Source: Balanoglossus misakiensis (Eukaryota; Animalia; Hemichordata). From it: DNA of 64,000 nt. The first letter of the stretch is position 1; each line of letters begins with the position of its first letter. The position numbers were made by a program, and so were the translations under genes. The stretch covers positions 6,349,849-6,413,848 of the forward strand of contig CM082597.2 of the NCBI GenBank assembly GCA_040954595.2, given 5' to 3'. The notes beneath the pieces were generated by a model. The model had not been told where the DNA came from, did no database searches, and worked only from the letters and a program-made list of their open reading frames with translations. Positions 37,810-49,249 of this stretch are shown here, piece after piece.

Positions 37810-39295
37810 TTACTGACGGTCATGACGACAGACAAAGTAACCAGTGGCATTGCAGGGAGCACCCTCACCGAGGTAATCCTGATGTCTCCTGTCAAAGGAA
37901 GAAAAAAAGTTGGTCATTTGTCATCGGTTATTGTTATAAATAAAACAATATTAATTAGTTGCCCATAATAACAAGGAAATGGTAATTCACATCAACGAAA
38001 ATGCCAGGATGTAATGTCTGGATGTAATCTCTGAATATACCCATTGTGCATGTACATCACTGTATGCTTTCCAAGTTTGAATGAAAGCAGTTCAGCTATG
38101 CTTGCATTGTGGGGCAGACATGAAATAATCATAATGACTATATTGGCGTGTAATATGGTGCAAATTGACAAGCGTACGCAAGTCATACTACATGTAGTAG
38201 TTCATTGTACCAACATTGAACATACACAGTACAGATCATGGTATAAAATACTTAACTGGGGACGGATGGACGGCAGTGAAGCTTTTAATATGTATTCCCA
38301 AGAACTAAAACATTGATTTCTGAATTTAATATTGTAATTGGTACTCACGAGAGTCTTGTACACATTGTTTCAGTGTCGTAGGATTCAGGTGAGTGCCCTG
38401 CACCATGTGGAACAGTTGTGTTGTATGAGATCTGCCAGTCACCAGTGTGTGGTTCAAATGTACCATCAACCCACCAATACCCTGTCAAACCCCTTTTTCC
38501 ATTAATTATGTTTGATACAAGACACCGTTTATGTTATTCTACATGTGGATACATAGTGAATCAACACACAACCTCCACCCCGTTTGTATTATATGGTAGT
38601 AAAAATTCGCCCAAAATGAATAAATGGTTGAGACCGATTATTCAGTTTTTTTCACTCTCGTGTCCAAAGAGCGGGATGGAAGTTGTGTGTGGTTGAACGT
38701 TGATTCGTAAGTATAAGTATACTGTTATCTTTTTGTTTCCAAAAAGACGAGAAAAATCTGTTCCCAAGGTTCATGCTGCAATTAAGCTGCCCATCATTTA
38801 CCTGCATCTAGTTCATCTGTTACCGTCTCTTGCCTGATAAGTCCAACAATGTAGTCATATTGATCACGATTAATGGGTCTGGCCAGATGTCCTCCGAATT
38901 GACTGCCGCAGAACGCTTGTGCATCGTGCCATGTTTTCTGCATCAACACCAGTTGGTATTTACCCCTGGCTGTAAATTATGATAGGGATAATTGACAGAT
39001 GGGTAAATATCAAAGAGATAAAAGACCATCAACATGATTGGAACTATTGTGGGATAATTGCATACCACTAAAATGTGTTCAAAACTATAAATTCGTTGTA
39101 TTTGGGGAGAATGCGCTATATCTGTCATTTTTTGACCAAAGCAAAACAAAATGATAAATATGTTGTGTGTGTAGGCTACATGCAGTGTGCTGAGAGTTTT
39201 ACATAGTTATTACAGTGCAATTATCCCAAAATAGTTCCAATGGTGATATTTGTGATAATTTTGGTACTGCATTTATATGTGGAATGTTTATCTTC

Positions 39296-39327
<32 letters not shown>

Positions 39328-39767
39328 TTGTTTGTCTGTCTGTCTGTATGTCTGCCTGTCTGTTTGACAGCTTATCAACCCGCATGTTGATCTGTGTCCC
39401 ATCTTTTGCTCTGCTCACCAACCTCACAAAACTCCACCTGCCCTGTGGCCCATTTCCCTGCCTGCCTATCAGTCTGTATATGTTTTTCTTTAAAGTGCTT
39501 TCTCCCTACCTGGAGCGTATACTCGAACCTCACATAAAGACCATATTCCACCAACTGTCTCTTTGAAGTAAACATAACGACCGATTGATCCTTGGCTGCA
39601 GTAGAAGTTGATTCTGTTGCGCAGGCGCATAAATGGTGAAACCGAGTGACCACATTGCGTGGCGTCAGTGAGGTCTGTGTCTTTACTGATGAGAACTTTC
39701 CCACCATTTAAGCGATCCGCTGAAAAAAGCAACAAAAATAGGTGGTACTACAAAATAGCAGACTAAA

Positions 39768-39798
<31 letters not shown>

Positions 39799-39836
39799 CA
39801 TACATACATACATACATACATACATACATACATACA

Positions 39837-39870
<34 letters not shown>

Positions 39871-42800
39871 GATAGACCAAAAAGTCTCGTAAGTCAAAGA
39901 AAAAGAAGAAATAAATACAACACAAATCAAAAGCATCGGACTCTGACGAAGTGTAAAGTCTTGAAACACGCCAGTAAACAGATCAGGGGTGGGTGAGATG
40001 AACCGATGCTCCTGTCTTTGCTGTAAATGATTCCATCTCATATGCTTTAATATAGACGGCAATGAATCCAACAAATACTTCTAGGTCTGCATGCTTTCCT
40101 GTCATTTAACCTCCCTCACAGAACTCTAAAATGACCGTTTCACCATCGACACAGACTGGAAATGAAAACTCCATCCATCAACCCTGTGAGCAACCACCGA
40201 TTCAACGGACACTTCTATTTGGCAACGCCTTACTTGTTTTATTTCTCCAGCTACACAATATGCTAGGGTGAAGTCCATACCAGGCACTACCATCGAAGAC
40301 ATCTACACATTTTGTTATCCGACATCTATATGAAACCGATTTCAGTGAAATTATCCTTCAAGTAGGTTCCAACGATATTAGCGATTAGGAGTGACATAGA
40401 GCCAACCACTACTGAGGTTATTGTTCAGTAAACCGTTCCTTACCGCAACAGTCCGATCTCGTGAAAATGGACACTTTCTTGATGCAGTGTGGTTCAGCCA
40501 AATCAACCCGCCACCATGGCTTGGCATCACCGAAACCTATGTGAGTGCATTTTCCGCTGAAGAAATTGCCGTTGGTGTCGCCATCCACTGCTTTTTCGGA
40601 GGTTCCGGGCCCATGAGCGCTGGACTGTTTCGTCAACCTCCCCAATGCAACATTTTCTATATCTGTTTGGAAGTAACACAGAACGGTACGTTTTAATCAA
40701 TTCTCCCGACCTTAAATAGGTTTTTGGCTACCTAGGTGGGTGATAAGAATGTCACATGGTCGACATAATTTCAAGATGGCCGATTTTTGCCATGTTTAAG
40801 GAATAGGAGTTCATACGCTAAAGTGATGATGGGTCATTCTGAAACTTTTTAACAGAAAAAAATAACAAAATGTGAAAAAAAGTTTAATGAGTTTCATATG
40901 GTAACTACAAAGACAGACATGTTTGACCCAAGGAAGTCATGAAATACAGTAAACATATAATTTCTTCCATCTCTTACTACAGTGGGTTGTCGACTTTTCG
41001 ACCAGAATGCAATGGGATTTGACCCCCTAGCGCAAAGTGAAAACCTATCTAAGGCAGCCACAATTGTAATGCAATGCGTCATGTTTCATTACGTTTTGCT
41101 GTCTGTGTATCTGTCTTACTTCTATAATATTGATAGCATGGAAAGAAAACATTTGTATTAAGAAAACAAGCAATTGACGAGTGGAATGGGTATCCAAATC
41201 TAACTTTTGAACTTTTGTCAAAGTTTCCAATGTCGAGAAATGAATATCTGACCACCCCCTCGGACATGCCATATCAAGCAGCTTCATCGAATTTTTGCAG
41301 TTCATATAACAGCAACCAAAGCTTCACGGTTTTGTTCCTTTGTTAAATTACTTGTAATGAACCACTTTTCTAACAAAGCTGAAGTTTGGAATTTTGCATG
41401 CTGATAAGACAATAGGAAAATGGTGCTTTACGCCATACATTGAAGTAACCTCAACAAAGGTATAAACAGAGTCTATCTCGACAGTCACCCCAACATCAGA
41501 TTTTGTTGTACAATTATAGTCCCATCATAAAAAGCTTTCACTGTCAACTGTTGGTGTAAATCGTGTCAAGTCTTAGCAAGCCCACCTTTCGCATCGCCGC
41601 AGTCACAATGGTATCCATCGTCACCATGGATACAGTTGCCACCATAACAAGCTGCAGGGAAGCAGCCATCCCCAGTAGACTCTGTATGAATTTGAATAAG
41701 AGTAAAGAAAATACGATCGTCACATGATATGTCTTTTTTGACAATGTAGCATAGCTCTTGTTTAAAGCCCAAATAGCTGCTACTTGAGTGAGCAGAAACT
41801 TAGTGAAGAATTGATGAAAGCTGGCCAGGAATTAAAGCCCTGTGAACCATAACTCGATAAAATTTGTAAAGCTTTAAATAATCTTGGATTTGCTTTTTAT
41901 TCTGACTTATAAAATTTTATTGTCGGATAATGAAATGTTATTGTGGGATAATGAAATGTTATTGTCGGATAATGATAAATATGGCAAAAAGGAAAGAAAA
42001 ATTCAGGACAGTAGAAAATTCTTGCAATGTCAAAAGAGAGTGAAATAGTATGTGGCCACATTGTTCAATGTGTGAACTTCGTTAGGCTCGGTCATTGAGA
42101 GTCGTCACCCAGCTGAAAGCTGACTAGCTGCCAGCCATCAGAACGCATCGAAGTAGTTTCCGAACTAGGACTTTAGGAAGCATGTATCTCAGTTAATGGC
42201 AATAAACATGACATGTGCTAACAATTAATCCAATCTGGAAAAGAGTGACGTGTGTTACTGCTCTCTTTCAGGCAAACGTCTTAGACAGGAATATGTAATC
42301 TTGTCTGCTAGGTGTATCCAATGTCAAAAAATGGGAGCATAAACCAAAGGATAATATGTACATGGACTGATTTGGCAAGCATAAACCATGACGGATCTGT
42401 CAACAGCATGGAAGACGATGGGGTTTGGATATTATTTGAAAGGTCGACAGAAAAGCACTACTTTCGGTAAGAAAATATACATTATTACTTTTAGACGATT
42501 TGTCATGATCAACTCAATCCTGATACTTGTCCCAGCAAGGGTAATAATTCATTTCTTTAGAAGATGGTTTACTTTTTTCAGCAAGATAACAAATTTCACT
42601 TATTAATGTCATTATTTTTTTGACAAAAATGTTCAATGGAAAAAATGCCACCCCATTTTAAAATACATGTAATCATATCCTTCCCCTTTATTTGTATACA
42701 CAGGTACACCAAGTACATTGGAGATGGGGACAGTTCAGCGTACACAAGTGTGAGAGACGTATACGAAGATGACAGCATAACTGTCGAGAAAGACGACGAG

Positions 42801-45152
42801 AAAGACGATTGTGTCGGCCACATACAGAAAAGAATGGGAACCCATTTAAGAAAACTCGGGGATAAAAGTAAAGGTAAAAAAAAACTACACAGATTTTAAA
42901 ATTTATAAATGACTACATGGACTCTTTATATTTTAGTACAATGTCATCTAATACTTCATTAGTCATGTTGTGAGTACATCTATAGGATGGCCATTAAATT
43001 TATCCAAAATGTGTTTCTTTTTTCTAAGAGGTGGAAAACTTGAAGAGGGAACAGGATTGACAGGCCGAAACAGGTTGACAAACCAAATACTCAAGGCCTT
43101 CCAGGTTTTCTATGGGATTGCCATTCGGAACAACAAAGGTAAGGCGAAACTTAAAATAAACATTTGACATGTGCTCCACAAAGTGGTAGACAACACAGAA
43201 AAATACGTGCTTTTTTCTATGTCTTCTTGAAAATCTCTTCAGTATATGCCGAGGCTGAAAAATTGAAACAAGAAACGTGTCATCCAACTATCGTGGTCTC
43301 AGGATCATTTATTGACATTACATAACTTCAATTTTGATTCAGGTAACATAGTCGAGATGGGCAGGCAGACTCGGGCAATTCTGGACCATTATTCAAGTAC
43401 AAGTGAGTTGCCCCGTCATGGCAACTTCCCCCAAGTGTGCCAAAAGCTGGTGCAAATGGCAACAGGATCGAGTTACTGGAACGACAACGTATAGACCACT
43501 GAAACACCCACTCGGTCCAGCCATCATCAATGCTGTTCAACCAATCATCAACAAACTGTCAGATGAGACTCTGTTGATGGGAGCTGAAAACTTCTATACA
43601 CAGAATCAAAATGAAAGTCTGCATGGCACGATGTGGAACTGGCTTCCCAAAGAACAGTACCACGTTTGGAACAAGATTCGGCTGGGAGTCAACATGGCAG
43701 TCGCTCACTTCAACTCAGGAATGAGAAATTTCAACACCGAATTGTACTCATCCTGTGATTTGAATGTCAGTGTGCTCTCCAGAAAATTGTGGTTTGGCCG
43801 TGGCCTAGACCACCAAAGAGTTCACTATGCAGGATATAAGGCGCTGTTACTCCTGAATGAAAACAGATAATGCAACACAAACTAGTTGTTTTGTCACACG
43901 TGTGCTTTAGTTTTGAATGTAGCATGCATGGCCAACTTTTTGACTTAATTTATTATGAATCACATAACACCAAAAATGTTTTTAAACCCAAAACCGCCAC
44001 CATTTCCGGGTAGTCATTAAAAATCCAACTCAAACAAAAGTTCCGATACACAGCATTAAGAAAATTATGGTTTATAGGGGTTTCAATGTGGTCTTTGAGT
44101 AGAAAGGCCTCTGAAAAAGTCTTGACGATTTCATGAAACACCACTTGAAATCACAATCCTAATTTGCAACTCACATACTGTGTTAGGTTTTCAACTACGA
44201 TAATTGTAATTACTAAATAAAAAGAAAGTACTGTTTCTCTTTCTCACAGATCAGTAAATATAATATTGTCAATGACATACTTATTTGTCATGATAACCCT
44301 GACCTTCGGCTCCGTGGAAGAGACACATCTTTACTTTTTTGTTCTTAGATGGAAGTTGGGGACGATTGCAAATCCCTTGATCAAGTAATATTGACAAATT
44401 AACAGAAGAACTTAATTAGTCGAGTATATTTAAAGAAAAAAAACTGAAACCTTTTCCATTTTTGCAAACTACTTCTAAATAATATGTTGTATTTCTCAGC
44501 AACAGTGAGAAGAAATCGGTAATAACATTGGATTGTTCGTGGGCCATTTTCTTATTGCTTTTCGTTTCTCATCTGTTTGTCTTGATGATAAATCTAACTG
44601 AGATTTCCCTGCACAGGACAAATGAAGCAAAACATTTCACCCCGCTTGAGTGTAAACATAAATCTCCTTACCGTCTGGCAAGTGCAGATGTGATACCCGG
44701 TTGTCTACTTCGGCTATCTGCGTTGATTTCGCTGATATTTGCGCCTGTAACTCTTTGAGCAGCCGAGAGTGGTTGGCTGCTTGCTCTCGTAGCGAATCGA
44801 GGAGTGTTTCCGTTGACTCCACGCTTTGTAGGTCGTCGAACCTGCTTCTCAAGTCTAGGAGTTCCCGACCATGCTGTTGCTCTAGCTCGTTCAGTCGCCC
44901 AGAGACCGTTTGGATTTGCTGTGCCGTTTCTTGGAGTTGTGCAGACAGCTCACGAATGGTGTCTGCCACGCTGCCGATGGTTGCACTCAACCCTGGGCAC
45001 GTGTCGTCGCCATTACGCTGGGTGGTGAACATGTAGGCGCAGATGTCTGACCGAAAACAGTAATTCTCACTTGCTTGACATTCTGTGTCTGCTTCTATGG
45101 CAGCATAAGAAGCGCCAAGGAGCAAGAGGGTTAGGAAAGCTTGTGCAATCAT
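37810..45152 (-). CDS. Gene E: secreted chimeric lectin; signal peptide + angiopoietin-like N-terminus/coiled coil + EGF-like + F-type (fucolectin) domain + C-type lectin-like domain (~461 aa)
   Basis: 7 exons in frame (1386 nt): 45152-44672, 41681-41586, 40662-40444, 39719-39510, 38969-38802, 38481-38349, 37888-37810. F-type motifs ENVALG..QSS..AVDGD..CTH..PWWRVDL..RSDCCADR..GRYV..SLCEVRVY; CTLD TWHDAQAFC..GGHLA..WWVDG..CNATGYFVC*. Confidence 0.88.
39768..39866. repeat. (TACA)n microsatellite; a (TCTG)n run also lies at ~39296-39365
   Basis: Direct reading. Confidence 0.95.
41832..44200 (+). mobile_element. Decayed Kolobok-type DNA transposon (Mutator-like DDE transposase remnant with introns) in gene E intron 1; boundaries approximate
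   Basis: Coding remnants ~42704-42873 (YIGDGDSSAY...CVGHIQKRMGTHLRKL), ~43030-43138 (GRNRLT...FYGIAIRNN) and ~43343-43870 (SWCKWQ, TQNQNESLHGTMWNWLPKE, with a frameshift); left end ttaaagccc. Confidence 0.75.
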
Positions 45153-45204
45153 GATCGCTGGCCAACTGCTATCAATGGCCACTCAGTTTCAACCAAAACA
45201 CAGC

Positions 45205-45213
45205 TTATATATA
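45205..45213 (-). promoter_or_regulatory. Candidate TATA box of gene E
   Basis: TATATATAA on the minus strand, ~55 nt upstream of ATG 45152. Confidence 0.5.
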
Positions 45214-46131
45214 GCATCAGAGATCAAGAACCTCTAAGTTTAATGATATCATTTTTCGAGTGACAGATAGAAAACTTAACTCATGTTTCAAAGTTTCATA
45301 TGGGGCTATTGCAATTAAATAAACACACTAAACACGAGAATGCTTTGATTCACTTCACTTAAAGCTTACCAGCTACAAAAACATGATTTTCCTGCTTGAA
45401 AACACACCTTATCTTAAGTTATACAACCCCTATGGGACTAAATTTAACCACAGTTACCATGGAAATTGTAATTGGGAAGGGTTAACTATTGCGTTGGTTA
45501 AAAAGTAACCCCTAATTCATCTCAGATAATTTTCAGATAAAGGTTTGATTCAAATCTGTCATCGCTTGGCCCTGAAGAAGACATTTTATCTGCGTTTCCG
45601 TTGCCAAACAGTATTATTACAGACATGAAATAACCTTTGACATCAAGCTAGGACCCCATGACAGACCTTTGAAAAGTCAAAGTGGTTTTTAATAATCAAC
45701 AGTACAACCATTTAAATGTTATTAAGAAAAGAGGACGTGTTTAGACTATCTTTATAAGGGACTCGGAGCTCAGGGATGAGACGAGAGCAGCGGTGAAGGG
45801 GACCCGGATGTCAACATCCTATTTAAGTCACCTGATTCTTAAATTATATACGCCGGTGTTTCTGTTACTGTTCTTCCACACGTCACATTGAACCTATTCG
45901 CCATCTGGGAGACAGAACAGTGTCACACTTACTTTACTAAAATTTCCACGTTTCCTGAAAACATGAAAATTCATTTTGAGGAGCGTGACAACGGGATCAA
46001 AACACAGAAATATTATCCCTCGGGTTTGCTGAATGTTGTTCTCCTTCTGCTGCCATTGATATCGCTAGAGGCGAGCCAGTCTCTCCAGCTGAATTTAATA
46101 ATATTGGAAACCGCACCCTGTGTGTGTGAGT

Positions 46132-46412
46132 GTATGTATGTATGTATGTATGTATGTATGTATGTATGTATGTATGTATGTATGTATGTATGTATGTATG
46201 TATGTATGTATGTATGTATGTATGTATGTATGTATGTATGTATGTATGTATGTATGTATGTATGTATGTATGTATGTATGTATGTATGTATGTATGTATG
46301 TATGTATGTATGTATGTATGTATGTATGTATGTATGTATGCATGCATGCATGCATGCATGCATGCATGCATGCATGCATGCATGCATGTATGTATGTATG
46401 TATGTATGTATA
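46132..46412. repeat. Compound (TATG)n/(CATG)n microsatellite
   Basis: Direct reading; source of the MYVC/MHAC ORFs. Confidence 0.97.
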
Positions 46413-46950
46413 TATGCATTATTGTTTGTTTCTCAGATTCTTTTTGTCTTCACTGTATTTTGTGATCATGATTTAGATACAAGTAAAAAAATTAAAATGT
46501 GTAGATAATTCATACCATAATCAAAGGGTCTCCTCTGGCAAAGAGAAAACGTATGTTTGTATGATGGATTGTATTAGATAATGATTTCCTTTCACACACT
46601 TTGTAGGAAAGGCAGACACTTTCACTTATGGATTTTATTTCATCTCCCCTCTCTCCCAGACGGGAAGTAAGTTATCTTCTGATGAAAGATTTAGGCGTAT
46701 TACCAAAGCATTGCGTCTGTGTTGACATACGTAGAGGGGTGATGGTAATGTCAAAACTTACAGATACGACACTCAAGGGACACGTGAAAAGTATGTATTT
46801 GGATTCAAGACTTTGCCGTTAAATTACCAATTGAGTTTATATCCACATGGAATGCAGTCACTATGATTGTGTGTGAAATTAAACCAACCAATATTTTTTT
46901 TACATTTTAATTTCTAATGTCACTACAGATGTTCCGAAGCAAGTACACAT

Positions 46951-47250
46951 TTAAAGGGCAACTTATGCACATGTGACAAACCACATGCTCTGGTTACAAA
47001 AATTGTATACAGTCAATGCCATAAGGCAGTGTGTGTTGTCCTAACAACAGACAAGATGGCGGCGACCATACTTGGTGACAGAGACTGGGAAAGAAAGCAA
47101 ATTGGGTGAAGAAAAGGGGCAAAATTTAAGTCTACTTATACAGTGTGCATGAAATATGGGAGTCCACTACTTGAATGCGTCGAACATTTGGATTGGACGC
47201 AATGTTTGTAGACATGAAATTCGCACATGCGCATAAGAAGATTGTCTGCC
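46951..47250 (-). mobile_element. Dispersed repeat, inverted relative to copies in D1 (~25745-26035) and D2 (~33575-33860) intron 6
   Basis: gaacatttggattggacg.aatgtttgta.aca and caagatggcgg are shared; ttaaaggg end suggests a TTAA MITE. Confidence 0.6.
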
Positions 47251-47616
47251 TTAAATGCAAAATTTTCAAGAAATCTTACTTTTATCCACATGCAAACAAG
47301 CATCTGCCGTGAAAAAAAACCCCACAGTTTTTGATAAGTCTTGTGTACGGTAGTTGAGTCATGGAAATTATAATGGCCAATTTCAAATGACATAACATGA
47401 AACAATATTGCCTCACCCCTGGTATAAAACCCTCTTCAGGTTGGGATTGGCTTGCCAAATATTCTTTCTAGGAAGCGGTTGAGCATATGAGCACTAAGAC
47501 TGATGGATGTCAATTTGGGAACGAAAATAAGAACAGGTATTTCTTGAATTATTAAAACTGGAAAATAATTGCATTATGATACTTTTATTTTAATACATAT
47601 CTCAAAACACAGAACA

Positions 47617-48890
47617 AGATTAATAAATAAATTATTGCATTATAGTTTACATAAACTGCCTACCGATCTCTACTATTGTGAATCATGACAATTTCAATGA
47701 CTCTACAAGTTTAATAAATAAACTATTGCATCACAAATTACATAAACTGCCTACCGATCTCTACTATTGTGAATCATGACAATTTCAATGACTCTACAAG
47801 TTTAATAAATAAATTATTGCATTACAATTTACATAAACTGCCTACCGATCTCTACTATTGTGAATCATGACAATTTCAATGACTCTACAAGTTTAATAAA
47901 TAAATTATTGCATTACAATTTACATAAACTGCCTACAGATCTCTACTATTGTGAATCATGACAATTTCAATGACTCTACAAGTTGAATAACTAAATTATT
48001 GCATTACAATTTATATAAACTGCCTACCGATCTCTACTATTGTGAATCATAACAATTTCAATGATTTTACAAGTTGAATGAATAAACTATTGAATTACAA
48101 TTTATATAAACTGCCTACCGATCTCTACTATTTGTGAACCATGACAATTTCAATGACTCTACAAGTTGAATAAATAAACTATTGCATCACAATTTACATA
48201 AACTGCCTGACGATCTCTACTATTGTGAATCATAACAATTTCAATGACTTTACAAGTTGAATAAATAAACTATTGCATTACAATTTACATAAACTGCCTG
48301 ATGATCTCTACTATTGTGAATCATAACAATTTCAATGACTTTACAAGTTGAATAAATAAACTATTGAATTACAATTTACACAAACTGCCTGACGATCTCT
48401 ACTATTGTGAATCATAACAATTTCAATGACTCTACAAGTTGAATAAATAAACTATTGCATTACAATTTACATAAACTGCCTGACGATCTCTACTATTGTG
48501 AATCATAACAATTTCAATGACTCTACAAGTTGAATAAATAAACTATTGAATTACAATTTACATAAACTGCCTGACGATCTCTACTATTGTGAATCATAAC
48601 AATTTCAATGACTTTACAAGTTGAATGAATAAACTATTGCATTACAATTTACATAAACTGCCTGACGATCTCTACTATTGTGAATCATGACAATTTCGAT
48701 GACTCTACAAGTTGAATAAATAAACTATTGAATTACAATTTACATAAACTGCCTACCGATCTCTACTATTTGTGAATCATAACAATTTCAATGACTTTAC
48801 AAGTTGAATAAATAAACTATTGCATTACAATTTACATAAACTGCCTGACGATCTCTACTATTGTGAATCATGACAATTTCAATGACTCTA
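47617..48890. repeat. 91-bp satellite array, ~14 copies
   Basis: Unit aataaataaactattgcattacaatttacataaactgcct(acc/gac)gatctctactattgtgaatcatgacaatttcaatgactctacaagttg; unit starts are spaced 91 nt apart (92 twice). Confidence 0.97.
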
Positions 48891-48894
48891 ATAC

Positions 48895-49090
48895 ACACTT
48901 CACTCTACTACACATTTTATATTGCTTCAGGAAGCCTAATTCTCTGCCATCTGTCATTCAACAGGCTTCTAGTCTAAAAAAAATTCAACAAAAACTCAAG
49001 ACATTTCTATTTGTTGAAGCTGATGAACACTGATGTTAATTTTCAGCGCCTTTGAAAATAACATTGTTATTGATTCTTTAATAATGTTTA
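48895..49090 (+). mobile_element. 3' end of an L2/CR1-group LINE
   Basis: Translates NSLPSVIQQASSLKKIQQKLKTFLFVEA, followed by cagcgcctttga, typical of L2-group ORF2 ends and 3' UTRs. Confidence 0.6.
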
Positions 49091-49092
49091 TT
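49087..49092 (-). promoter_or_regulatory. Candidate polyadenylation signal of gene B
   Basis: AATAAA on the minus strand ~160 nt after the stop codon. Confidence 0.4.
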
Positions 49093-49249
49093 TGGATGTG
49101 ATTTGATAAGATGAAAAAAACTTGATTCACAGAACAAAATTGATGAAAAATAGTCAAAATTTACAGATAGTGAAGCTTTTATCACGCAGTACTACCAATA
49201 ATCACAATCATCAAACGTAATGTTTTTTTTACAGTCTGTACCTTTGTAT

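Noticed and set aside
47617-48890. CRISPR-like or hammerhead-ribozyme array (CTGACGA in later units)
   Set aside because: Units are near-identical along their whole length with no unique spacers or cas genes, and CTGACGA is not followed by a stem II plus GAAA core
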